Shown piece by piece: positions 14,181 through 29,300 of a stretch of DNA of 64,000 nucleotides. The stretch lies in NCBI RefSeq assembly GCF_009914755.1, contig NC_060933.1. One strand, given 5' to 3'. The position numbers and the translations under genes were made by a program. Under the pieces are notes generated by a model that worked only from the letters and a program-made list of their open reading frames with translations, had not been told where the DNA came from and searched no databases. The stretch comes from the human T2T-CHM13v2.0 reference genome, Homo sapiens. Numbering within the stretch: the stretch's first letter is position 1; each line of letters begins with the position of its first letter.

Positions 14181-15837
14181 ATGCCAATATAGTTAATTAA
14201 AATACCACTTAATGACTATTGCTTCTGGCTGTTATGAAGTAGCCAGCATAGATCACTACGTAGACAAGCTGGGTAAAATACGAATGCTCTTTTTGAAGAC
14301 ACTGGTGAGCAGCTGAGCCAATCGGGACTCAAAGGGCTGAGATCTCAGCAAAAGGGGAACCGCGGAGAGATGAGCCAACGCTGTTGCTCGCTTTTCATTC
14401 AGGGGATTTCCCAACTCCTGCTGCAAGACAAGAGACCATAAACACCCGTGAAGAGGAAGGGAAGCCAGCGGAGTTTCACAGGGCTGACACTGGAGTTTGG
14501 ACCTGTCAAGGTAGCCAAAAATTGAGTGGCGATCTGAAGATCCTGGGGAGAAAGGTGGTGAAAATAAGTGAGTTTGATGCTCAGAGGTTTCCCTTCTAGC
14601 TGTTTGGTGGATGAACGTGTGCAGAGCAAGAAGCTAAGAAGCCCAGAAGAAAGCTACTGAGGTGTCAGAATTTCTAGAGTGTCAGGTAGCCCAGAATGAG
14701 AGCTTAGGACTTGCCAAGGAGGAGAAGCTCTAGAAGACGCTCCAGGCTCTCAGCCGGGATGCCAGGAAGCTTAATCGCTATGAAAGGGAACCAGAGGTAT
14801 AGCCAAGCCTTCACAAATGTCAAGGAAAACCAAGAAACAGGACCCAGAGAAAAAAAATGATGACAGCAACAGCCCCACAGACTGCTCAGCTATTGGTAGC
14901 ATCACAGATGGGCTTTCAAATTATTATTCGAGCAAATGGATGATAAAACAGAGAATTTTGCTAGACAACTGGAATCTATTACAAAATGGAAATTCTAGAA
15001 AAATGCAATGATTAAAATTAGAAACTTAATAGACAGGCTTAACAGTAGGCTAGGAAATAGAGTTTTAATAAAGTGAAATGATAAGTCAGGAAAAAAACTA
15101 GGATGAAACAGAGTGAGTAGAAAAGGATAAGAAACAGACAGAGCATGCCATACACATGGGGTCTGGGGAGCAGCTCCATCATGCAGGTAACAGGAATTTT
15201 AGGAGGGAGAGAGAGAGAAAGAGAAAGAGAGAGGATAGGGAAAAAGCAATGTTTGAAGATAGAATGGCTGAGGATTTTCCAAAATCGATGAAAGAAAACA
15301 AACCCCAGATAGAAGCTCTCCACAGGCTAAGCAGGCTAGGTCCAGGGAGAAGCCACCTAGGCATATTATGGTAAAACTACTGTAATCCAAATACAGAAAT
15401 CTTAAAAGTAGCTGGAGGTAAAGACAAATAGACAAATTACCTTCAAGGGGACAATAAGATTATTTTTCAGCAGAAATGATGGGCTCCAGAAGACAAGGGA
15501 GCAACGTGTTTACGGTGCTGGAAGAAAAGAGCTGTCACTCCAGAGTTCTAGACCCAGAGAGGAAGGACATCCTTCAGATACCAAGGAGACTCATCTCAGA
15601 TCAGAGTTTTGGATGTGTCCATCTCCACCATGAGCTGGGGAAATCTAGGCGATGGAAACACAACTTGTGCCCCTCCGTGCCCCCTGGCACATGGCAGGTG
15701 CACACACACAGTGGGTGGAGACAGGAAGAGCGAGACTGGGCGTGTCCACCTGGCAGGCTGGTGAGCCATGAAGCCGAGTGTGGGGCACAGTGCCTGAAAT
15801 GCTAGCTTCGAACCCCAGCTCTGCCGCTTAGTAACTG

Positions 15838-16547
<710 letters not shown>

Positions 16548-16964
16548 CTGTGTGACCCTGGGCAAGTTACTGAACCACGCTGAGCCTCAGGTTCCACATG
16601 GACAAATGGGGACAGGAGTAACACCCATCTCATCTGTCTCATAGGAGCTGATGAACAACAGCATGTAAAGTTTTTAGTTGCTCAATAAATACTAGTGATT
16701 GGCCATGTTAAGGCCTTTAGCCCTAGATGACCACCAAAACAAAAGTGAAAGCAAAATAAATACTTTTCCAGCAAAATAAAAACCAAGATAATCAATTTCC
16801 AACAGACCTAAACTACAAGAAATACTAAAGGGGTTCTCCAGGCAGAAGAGAAATCATCCCAGATAGAGACGTGGATATGCAGGAAACAGTGATGAGCCAC
16901 GGAACAGGTAAAGATCTGGGTCAAGGTAAATAAGTACCGACTTTTCAAATAATAACGATTTCTT

Positions 16965-17100
16965 GGCCAGGAGCAGTGGCTCACACCTGTAATCCCAACA
17001 CTTTGAAAGGCCAAGGCAGTTGGGCTGCTTGAGCCTAGGAGTGAAAGACCAGCCTGGGCCACACAGGGAGACCCTGTGTCTACAAAAAATTTAAAAATTA
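16965..17100 (+). mobile_element. AluJ left arm / FLAM
   Basis: ggccaggagcagtggctca...gcttgagcctaggagt...tctacaaaaaatttaaaaatta. Confidence 0.85.
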
Positions 17101-17457
<357 letters not shown>

Positions 17458-17581
17458 CTAGAAAGAGTAAAAAGGTAGAAAGATGTTTTATGAAAACACT
17501 GACCAAAAGAAAGATGTCTCTATAACACCAGCTAGTATAAACTTGGAGGCAAAAAGTATTACAAAAAATAAAGATGAACTG

Positions 17582-17932
<351 letters not shown>

Positions 17933-18508
17933 TAATTATGAAGCTTCAAAATATGTAAGGAAAAATTTGGCTAAAAAGAAAAAGATGGACAAATCCATAA
18001 TCACACTTTTTCTTATAACCAATAGGTCAAGCAGACCAAAAATCACCAGAAATAAAGGAGATCCAAATATGAGGAACAAACTTGAACTAAATGACAAATA
18101 TAGAACACAGTGTCCAACCACAGAATAGACATTATTTTCAAGTGCATATGAAACATCAGCCAACACTGACCAAAGCTGGGCCAGAAACAGCTAAAATAAG
18201 TTTTAAATGATTGAAATCATTCAGAATAGGTTTTCTTACTATAAGATATTTAAGCTGAAAACTCATAACCATCACAACAAAAATAAAACTGGAACATATC
18301 CAAATGTTTGGAAATTAAGTAATAACACTTCAAATGGGTCAAAGAAGAAATGACAATTAAGTTAGAAAATATTGTAAAGTATATGATAATTTTAAAAATG
18401 CAATATTAAAACTTATGGGATGTGGCTAAAGCTATGCTCACAGGCAAATTTATAGCCTTAAAACAGATGTATAAGAAAAAAGGCAGAAAAATCAATCACG
18501 TAAGGCAC

Positions 18509-18720
18509 TGTAGTGGATGCTATGATGTTCCGCCCAAATGTCCACTCTAAGACTGAAGTGCCCATGTTCCCAGCTGCTAGCCATGTTGCCAAGCTGAGCA
18601 CTTCTCCAGGAATTGCCTCTCCTGAAGGGGCTACCTCCCCCAGGTTTAAGCCTGCTTCCTATAACTGGATGATATGGGAGCACAGAGTTCCTTGCTTTAA
18701 CTGGGGACTCCAGAATCTAG
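18509..18720 (+). mobile_element. LTR16-like (ERVL) fragment
   Basis: tgtagtggatgctatgatg...cccagctgct...ggaattgcc resembles remembered LTR16 5' end. Confidence 0.55.
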
Positions 18721-19004
18721 AATGGGTCTGGCCTTGGGACCAGCCACAACGGCAGGTCCCTGAAAGAGAAATGAGGAAGTGAAGAATTGTGTCTGGTGGG
18801 TATATGCACTCAGTCCTGTGGAGAATATACCTACTTCAGGACATGAAAAGGCGTGCCACAGAGGCAGAGAATGCTGTTGCCATCTAGACATCTGACAAAA
18901 GACACATCCAGATGTGCGAGAACTCCTACAGACTGATAAGCAAAAGACAACCAGTAGAAAAAGGGGCACAAGTCTGAACAGTCACTTTTAAGAATTGGAT
19001 TTCC

Positions 19005-19163
19005 GGCCGGGCATGGTGGCGCATGACTGTAATCCCAGCTGCTCGGGAAGCTGAGGCAGGAGGATCGCTTCAACCCAGGAGGTGGAGGTTGTGGTGAACC
19101 GAGATCGCGCCATTGCACTCCAGCCTGGGCAATAGGAGCGAAACTTCGTCTAAAAAAAAAAAA
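19005..19163 (+). mobile_element. Monomeric Alu (right-arm type)
   Basis: Single monomer with poly-A; 13-bp TSD gaattggatttcc at 18992-19004 and 19166-19178. Confidence 0.9.
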
Positions 19164-20064
19164 TGGAATTGGATTTCCGAGTGGCCATTAAGCATATGAA
19201 AAGTTGCTCAACCCCACTAGTTATGAGGGAAATGTAAGTAAAAGCCCTGTGGTACTGCTAGAACAAGTCAAACCGAAAACACGGACACACCCAGTGCTGG
19301 TAAGGGTGCACAGCAGCTGGATCTCACACCACTGATGGGTGTGTGGGCCGCTTCAGCTCCCCCTGGAAAACAGGTGTTATCTGCAAAGCTGGACACGCTT
19401 GGACCCCAAGGCCCAGCAATCCCACCACCCAGTAGCAGGCGGCCACCATTGGAACTAGGCACAAAACCAGGAACTACGCATGTGTCCATTATCAAAATTG
19501 ATACATTGTGCGTATTCACCGCTGTATACACAGCCCTGAGGGTGGACATGGTAGCTACGTGCAGTGACGCCGATGACATGCGGATAGGAAGGAGCCAGGA
19601 AAGGGCATCAGAGAGGATTCCACGTGCATGGATTTTGAAACCAGCAAGTCTAACTATGGCTTTGGGAATCAGGACAATGGTTTTGTGGGGGCAGCTGATG
19701 GCTGGAGGATGGCTTCCGGTTCTGGTCGCGGCTTACTGATCAGCATTTTGTGAAAACCCATCAATCTGCCCGGTTTGGGGGCGTGCTGTTCTGCGTGGTA
19801 GGTGCTGGTCAGCAGTTACCTGTTAGTGGCTGGTGATCTGGGTGCTTGGGCACTCTGCCACCCAGCTCCCTCAGGCCCCTGACTGTCCACTGGCCTGTAA
19901 CTGGTCCCCTCACCCTTTCCTGCCTACGCAGCCGTGGACCCGGCCAGTTTGGGCCCAAAGTGTTTCTGGTTTCTGGTGGGGTTTCTTGGCCTCAGTGTCT
20001 TGGGCCGAATGACCATGGTAGTCATAGCTTCTACTACCTGTTCTGGTGACAGCATCTTCCTCAC

Positions 20065-20753
<689 letters not shown>

Positions 20754-21277
20754 CCCAGACCTAAGGGCGGCGCTGGGGGAGCGGTTTCCTGACCCAGGAG
20801 GGCAGGGCCCACTCTGTCTGCTCCCACTGCACCCAAGGTGGGCACCACTGCTTGCTGTGGGCGCCAGCTTGGGTCTTGGAGTCCAAAGCTTCTTGAATCT
20901 CGGCTCCTCCACTTTCTGGCCTTACTCCTTAGCCTCCCTGGGCCTCAATGTTCCTGGCTGTCAGAGGGGCCAATGGCACCTACAGCACCTTCTGCTGAGG
21001 ATCTGGGCAGAGGAATTGCCCCGGGGAAGCGCTCAGTGAATGGGGAGCACTTCCTAAGTGGCAGCAGGCTGTGTCTGCCTGATGACCGGAAGGCTATGCC
21101 CCAGGTCCAAGCCCTTCCCTGAAGGGCTATGAGTAGGGGCAGGCACTGGAGTCTGGAAGATCGTCCCTCACCACACCCTTACTGTTCAATAACCCTTGCT
21201 ATTATTGACTTCCACGTGGAGATGAGAGGAGGGTGGTCGTGAAGCCCATCCTTGGGGACACAGCAAAACTGTCCCTA

Positions 21278-21669
<392 letters not shown>

Positions 21670-22080
21670 TCACTTTTTAATTAGGCTTAGCAATTAAAGA
21701 ACCAGGAAGATTCCATGGGGGGGTGGGGGTACAAGAGCGAGTACTCCGTCCTGGCAGGGTGCTCGGTCTCCCGACTCCACTGGGCACTGTCTCCAGGCCT
21801 TCCCAGACTGAGTCCGGCCTGCCCCGGGGCCTCCTGTGAGCCCCCATCGCTCATGCCCGGCCGCGGGGCTTCTGCTCCTCCTCTGCTCAGGTCCTGACTC
21901 CAGGAGCCTCCCGAGTGCCCGGCCCCTGGCTCCCGGCCCCGGGGCCGCTGGAGGCTCACTGTGCTTCTCTTCTGTGCAGGCTGCTGGGTAGGTTCTGGAT
22001 TTTTAGGTTTGATAACCACAGATCTGTGCACGATGGGGCTGCTGCAGAGGCTGCATTTGGGGTCCTTCCCGTGTCTGCAA

Positions 22081-22170
22081 CCCAGGCACGGATAGACAGC
22101 GATGACTTTGCCCAGGCACGGATAGACAGCGATGACTTCGCCCAGGCACGGATAGACAGCGATGACTTCA
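22081..22170. repeat. 30-bp tandem repeat x3
   Basis: cccaggcacggatagacagcgatgacttYR at 22081, 22111 and 22141. Confidence 0.97.
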
Positions 22171-22184
22171 GGCTCGGCGTCTTC

Positions 22185-22500
22185 CAACAGCAAATACATA
22201 AATTGACGAGAGTCACAGCTCTCAGGAGGCTGGTGCAGATTATATTTGTGCACTGGGTGGAAGAGATTCCTCTAAGTTTAATTATAATTTAAGTGTAAAA
22301 TATGCAGCTTCTGCAGGAGTCTCCCGCCTTGTGCATAATTACTGCACTGCTCTCTCCCGGCCACAGTTACGACGCCTCTGTGTGCAGCGAGCGATTAATT
22401 TATAGGCTGGTAATAGGCTAAAACAATATTTAAAGTCACTTTACCCAATGTAGCTTTTAAGGAGGGGTTGAGATAATTACTTAAAGACCCAATTTGATCC
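22185..22500. promoter_or_regulatory. Candidate enhancer / conserved non-coding element
   Basis: AT-rich unique island in GC-rich DNA with many TAAT/ATTA motifs (tttaattataattt, cataattac, gattaatttat, gataattac). Confidence 0.4.
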
Positions 22501-23684
22501 CTTGGCGTGGTTCCTGAGCTACTTCGGCCCCGCCCTTCCCACCCCGGGCCTGTGCACCTGCTGTCAGCTGTGCAGGGCCCCTAGCAGCCCTCATTTGGCA
22601 GTGATGACGCACAGCCCAGTCAAAGTGAGCACCCAAGAGATGGAGGCCCGGGGACACTGGCCCCTCATTAACCAGTAAGAGCAGGATTTATTGGCCGCTT
22701 GGAAGGCTGTGGACTCTGAGGCTGGTGTTGCAGGAGAAGACATTGTGCCGCCCCCCTAAGTCTGCGGGAAGGGACAGGTGCATTGGCGGTGGGCGTGGAG
22801 GGTGAGCCCACCGGTCCCGGGAGACTTTTTGTGGCTCAGTTGTGGCCAGAGACAGCAGTGGTCAGAAGAGAAATGCACGCGCACTTGCACGAAACCCTGG
22901 GCAGCCTGGCAGCGCTCACAGGCTTCATCTTCCCTCGCAGAGGGTGTGACCCTGAAGCACAGGCAGAGGTCAAGGAATGGGCTTGGGAACCAGGACAAGT
23001 GGGCAGGTCGGGGGTGGCCCTGGCAGGAGGAGGTGTCACGGGGACACTGCTGGGAGGAGGAAAGCGGGGCCTCAGTGACAGCTGCTTCCGGAGTGTCCGG
23101 TGACTCCTGGCTTGGATCCGGGGAACATCCCTCCAATGCCTGGGCCTGGGGACTGCCCAGGGGAGGTGGCCCACAGCCACAGCTGGCCACCCTCAGGAAG
23201 GATGTGAGCTTCGGGGCCCAGCAGAGCCTAGACTGGGTGCCAGATTTGCTTCTTAATGGCAGGGTAACCTTGGAAACCTCAGGCACCCTGTGCACCGTGC
23301 TGGGGGTGACAACAGTGGGGCTCTAACGTGCTGCGCGGGGACCCTGAAGGGCCTTGGGGCAGTAGAGTCCTTGAATCCCTGCATCCCTGCTACCGCCTGG
23401 GCTCCTGAGGGGTTTCATGGTTTGCTCCTGACGAAGGATGTCAGGGCATCCTCTTGTGCCGAGAGGCCGGGTTGGGGTGGGCTGGGGAGCCTGCAGCCCC
23501 CAGGCAGTTAACTGAGGGTAGGGATGTGTGGGGCCCCACCCTCAAGTGGTTCCTGGAGTCTGAAACTGCGTGGACGTGTGTTCCTTGTGGCAGCAAATAC
23601 AGGGGTCACAGAGTTCAGAGTGACATCTTCTGGAGCATAAGGGCTCCCTGCCCTGCTGGCTACTTCTTGAGGGCTGCGTTTCTA

Positions 23685-23996
<312 letters not shown>

Positions 23997-24216
23997 TCAT
24001 TATAAAATGCTTTGTCTCCTGTATTGTTTTGTCCTTTGATATTTCTAGTGTCTCTGCTCGGTAAATGTTTCGAAGAGTACATGAATGGTTAAAGGGATGA
24101 ATTAATAAATCCTGGCATTGCCTCATTGGCAAGAAATTCTTGTTGAAGCCAAGTGTTTGGCCTTCCTTGACTGTGTCCGTGACTCAGTCTCAGAGCCACT
24201 GCAAGCAATAGATGCT

Positions 24217-25131
24217 GGAGGGAGGGAGAGAAAGACAGAGAGAGAGAGGGAGACAGACAGAAAGAGAGAGAGAGAGAAAGAGAGAGACAGAAAGAGAGAG
24301 AGAAAGAGAGAAAAAGAGAGAGAGAAAGGGAGGAAGACACAGAGAAAGACAGAGAGAGAACGAGAGAAAGACAGAGAGAGAAAGAGAGAGAAAGAGAGAG
24401 TAAGACAGAGAGAGAGAGAAAGAGAAAGACAGAGAAAGAGAGAAAGAGAAAGAGAGAGAGAACAAGAGAAAGAAAGAGAGAGAAAGAGAGAAACAGAGAG
24501 AAAGACAGAGAGGAAGACAGAGAGAGAAAGAGAGAGAGACAGAGAAAGAAAGAGAGACAGAACAAGAGAAAGAGAGAGAAAGAGAGAGAGAACAAGAGAA
24601 AGAAAGAGAGAGAGAGAGAGAAACAGACAGAGGAAGACAGAGAGAGACAAAGAGAGAGAGACAAAGAGAGACAAAGAGAGACAGAAAGACAGAGAGAGAA
24701 AGAAAGAAAGACAGAGAGAGAGAGAAAGTGAGAGAAAGAGAGAGAGAAAGAGACAGGAAGAGAGAGAGACAGAGAGAGAGCTAGGAGAGAGACATAGGAG
24801 AGAGAAAGAGAAGGAGAGAGAAAGAGAAAGAGAGAGAGAGGAGAGAGAGAGATAGAGGAGAGAGAGAAAGAAAGAGAGGAGAGAGACAGAAAGAGAAAGA
24901 AAGAGAGAAAGAGAGAAGGAGAGAGAAAGAGAGAGAGCAAGAGAAGAAGAGGAGGAGGAGGAAGGTGAGGGGGAGGAGGAGAAGGAGGAGAAGAAGGGGG
25001 AGGAGGAGGGGGATGGGGGGGTGAAGGGAGGGGGGAGGGGGAGGTGAAGGGAGGGAGGGAGAAGGAGGGAGGGAGGGAGAAGGAGGGAGGGAGGGAGGAG
25101 GAGGAGGAGGAAAGGAAAGTGAGGGGAAGAA
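24217..25131. repeat. ~0.9 kb polypurine tract: (GA)n/GAAA/GACA then GGA/GGGA-rich
   Basis: Almost only A/G on the plus strand. Confidence 0.97.
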
Positions 25132-25295
25132 TGCCATCTTCCTCCCCCAGGAGGCCAGGCTGGTAGGGTGGTGGGTGCTGTGGGCCAGAGGGCAAGGCTT
25201 TTGCCTGGAGGTGAGAAGATTCTGTGTGAAGACGGGGACACTGTCCCCTTCCTCCCCTGCCCTTGGTGGGACAGTGTGGTCCACCTTTGGGAAAA

Positions 25296-25465
25296 TCACT
25301 TCCTTTCCTGAGCCTCAGTCTCCCCTTCTGTTCAACGGGGTGGGTGAGATCGCGTCTCACTTGTCTGTGAATTGTCTAGGTCACTTCCTTTCCTGAGCCT
25401 CAGTCTCCCCTTCTGTTCAACGGGGTGGGTGAGATCGCATCTCACTTGTCTGTGAGTTGTCTAGG
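25296..25465. repeat. 85-bp tandem duplication of a MIR-derived segment
   Basis: 25296-25380 equals 25381-25465 except for 2 substitutions. Confidence 0.95.
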
Positions 25466-25467
25466 TT

Positions 25468-25871
25468 GCTAAGTGCCCACTGACCGCGAAAATGTGGTAT
25501 GTACACACCGTGGACTCCTACTCAGCCATACAGAGGAATGAAATGATGTCTTTCGCAGCAGCTTGGATGGAGCTGGAGGCCACTATTCTCAGTGAAGCAA
25601 CTCAGGAATGGAAAACCAAACAGCGAATGTTCTCACTTATAAGTGGGAGCGAAGCTAAGAGGATGCAGAGGCATCTGAGTGATCTAATGGGCTTTGGGGA
25701 CTCGGAGGGGGTTTGGCGGGGGGCGAGGGATAAAGGCTACACATCGGGTACAGTGTCCATTGCTCAGGTGATGGGTGCACCAAAGTCTCAGAAATCACCA
25801 CTGAAGAACTTAGTCATGGAACCAAAACCCACCTGTACCCCGAAAACTATTGAAAAATTTTTTTTAAAAAA
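25468..25871 (+). mobile_element. L1PB-type 3' end (ORF2 C-terminus plus 3'UTR)
   Basis: ORF 25492 reads MWYVHTVDSYSAIQRNEMMSFAAAWMELEATILSEATQEWKTKQRMFSLISGS, the L1 ORF2 C-terminus; L1PB-like UTR. Confidence 0.88.
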
Positions 25872-26014
25872 GCAGTGACAAGGGGTTTTTAAAGTATTGC
25901 ATTTCCACGTGGGTCCTCGCGTGCTGAGTTGTATGAGCAAGACAGCAGCGGTTATGTTCCCTACCGCCATTCTTGTGCAGGTGAATCTCAACTGGAGGAA
26001 AATCAGAATAATGA

Positions 26015-26388
<374 letters not shown>

Positions 26389-29300
26389 AGCATTTTAGAT
26401 AGGTTATATCATTTCTTTTCTTGAACGTCCTTGCGAGGTTGGCACTGTCATTTTGCCTCAGAGGACACGACAGCTCCCGAAGGCACAGGAGTTGCCCATG
26501 AGCACAGATTAATAAGTGAAGGTGGCAGGTTCCCCTTTGCTGGTCTTGCTACATAAACACACTGACTTACTCTCTGAAAAAAAATCAGCATCATTTGTCT
26601 TGGTTGCCCCCTGACACTCTAGGGTCCTGTGGACGGGCACTCAGTAGGGACTCAGAAATGCTGGCAGTCACTATTCTTTCAACAAGGCTGTGCAGGCCCA
26701 AGGCAGGCTCAGAGCTGGTCCCTGCGGGCAAGGAGCATGAGGACCAAGCTTTGACACCCTCCCCTGCCAGCCCCCAGTGTGTGGCTGAGGCTGGGTTGTG
26801 GTGGAAGCCCAGAGTGGAGCCTTGGAGCCCAGGGGATTCCAGAAGGAAGGGGGCCCGGCGGTAGGTAGGGGTTGGGCGGCGGGGGGGTAGGGGGTGGGCG
26901 GTGAGAGTTGCTGGTTGGGGGAGGGGAGGGCTCAGCAGGGGGTCTGTCTGGAGAGGCCTGTCAGGCAGGGTCTTGTGGGGCTTCAGCAAATGCTCGGGAT
27001 GATCCTGCAGGTGGGAGTCGGGGAGGCAGAGAAAGAGCAGTGGGGACATTTTAGGAATGCTTGGCCCGAGTGAATGCCGGTTGGTCCAGGCCTTGGAGTT
27101 AGCTCTTTGTTGAGGACAGAGAGAGAGAAGATTAGTTCACCTGTCTGCACCCCTAGGGTTCATCCACCCAAGACTCTCACTCCTCTTTGGGGTGAGTTTT
27201 GCAGGACCGGCCTAGTTGAGAGGACCAGCTTCAAGGGGAGGCGGGTGGCATCCATGCGTCTTTGGCAAAGAGCCTCATAAAAGGGGCCCGGACTGAAAAT
27301 CGATTCTCTAAAGCTGAAATCAATAACAATAACTAATATTAATACTGATGGTCCTCTCCTTACTGCACTCTGCAGCTGGGGGATGAATTATTTTCAAGGA
27401 TTAGCAGAGGCGGCTCTGCAGTGCGGCTGGGATGGGATCAGCCGGGAGCCTGGTGCTGGGCAGGAAGGTGGACCCAGGGGACCTGTGCAGCCTGATACTT
27501 CCTCTGCCTTCAGTTCAACTTCTCCAAGACCTGGCTTCCTCATCACTGTCCTCAAATGAGTGGGCTCACCAGCTGCATGACTTTTTGAGCCCTGTGGGAT
27601 GAGGGGAGCCCATGACCTCGGGGGCTTAGGATCGGAGTGCGGTGAAGGGGAAGTGGGGTTTGGGACATTTCCCTGGGGCCTGCGAGCTCCTAGCGTTGGC
27701 TTCTGCCTATGAGGTGATGTGAGTGATGCCATAGGGAGGCCCTGTCTCCAGGGAGCCCCGAGGCTGGAGTGGGCAGCCAGGGAGGGCAGCACTGTGCGGG
27801 AAGTGGTCACACGGTTCCTGCCTGGCACCTCGGCTCCCACCGGCTCTCTGTGGAGCTCTTTCTGCTGGGAGTATCCCAGACTGTGGGGCTCTCTCTGCTG
27901 GGAGTGTCTGGGACTTTTGTCAGAGTCTACAGAGTGAGGAGCCCAGGGTGAAAAGGGGGTGCCCAGATTTCAGGCCCTGGGGCCTCCACTCTCCCCACCA
28001 AGAGGCACAATCACTAACTCCCATTTTCCAGGTGCACAACGGGGAGCTGGGTGGGCCTCCCCAAGACCAGGCGTTTATGGGTCAGAGCAGGATTGAGAGC
28101 CGCAGCCCTGTGTGCCCTGATGCCCCCAGCACTGTGCACCGGGGGACGCGGCATTGCTAAAAATGGTGTTGGAGCTTGTGGGGATCTGTGAGAATAACAA
28201 GTTAATATTCACGAGGTAGGTCGTGGGCATTTTGAGGACACAATTGGAAATTTTTCCTAGACAATGTTAGGTGGCTGAGTAGCCACTTTCTGTGTATAAG
28301 TTGGAAATCTGAAAAATGATATATACTGAAACATAGAACTGAAACATGAACATTGAAGAGAAAGTTTGGGAATAGTCTAGTGGGAAGAGGAGAGAGAATT
28401 ATCTCAGGAGCCAAAGAGGAGCTACTGCTGTTATTAATGTGAGTCTGAGCTTCCTAGTAGCCAGAGCAAGAAAGGAAAGCACTGTGGGCTTTGCAGTTTT
28501 TGCCAAGAAGAAGATACACTCAAGATCCCCTAGAGGAGGAATTTTCCTGGTGTGGAAGTCCAGAAATGATGATCAGATGTATCCTCGTAAAAGAGGAAGA
28601 GTCCGTGCCTCAGGGGCTTTTCTCTGAGTCCTCTGTAGACACAGGGCCTGATTTGATAAGGTGTTCCCTTGAGGTGTGGTGGTAGCTGAGCGGACACCGT
28701 GGCTTCCTGGCAATGGGGTCCCATGTGGACTTAGAGCAGAGTGGGCCGCAGGGCACAGGCTGCAGCCCCCCTCATTCCCCACTAGATCCTTGGAACCAGC
28801 TTGGTGGCCACGAGTACCAGGTGCTGGGTTAACCATTGTCCCTCCTCCCCCAGGACAATGAATGAATGGCATTAGGACCTGGGTCATCCCTTGGAGGCAG
28901 GAGGAATCATGGGGTGAGGGAACGAGGCAGAGCCCACTGGGGTGCTGCTGGGGTGGGGACTGGGAGAGAAATGAGAGCTGGGTCCAGGGTCCCAGGTAGG
29001 TCTGAGGCTGCCTGGGGCTCCTGTTGGACAGGTAAGTGTGGGTGTGCTTGGTGGCCACACCCAGACCGAGCTGCACCATGCCCAGGTCTGGGCTGCAGGT
29101 GTCAGGGGCTGTGAGCTCTGATTCCTTCTGGAAATACGGCTCAGGGGGCACGGGGTGCACTCTCTGGCCATTTTGCTGTCCAAGCGTCCTCCCCGCTGCC
29201 CCATTGCTAGGGCTCGCAATGCCCATTCCACAGCCATCTGGGCAGATGGCAGAGCGGGATGGGCCGTGGGCCAGCTGCTCCTGGCATGGCCGGGCCGAGG

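Noticed and set aside
24089-25360. Long ORFs (423, 372, 245 aa) rich in S/L/F or E/R/K
   Set aside because: Translations of the GA polypurine tract, which lacks stop codons by composition
25492-25878. 128-aa ORF as a gene
   Set aside because: L1 ORF2 C-terminal remnant reading into the 3'UTR
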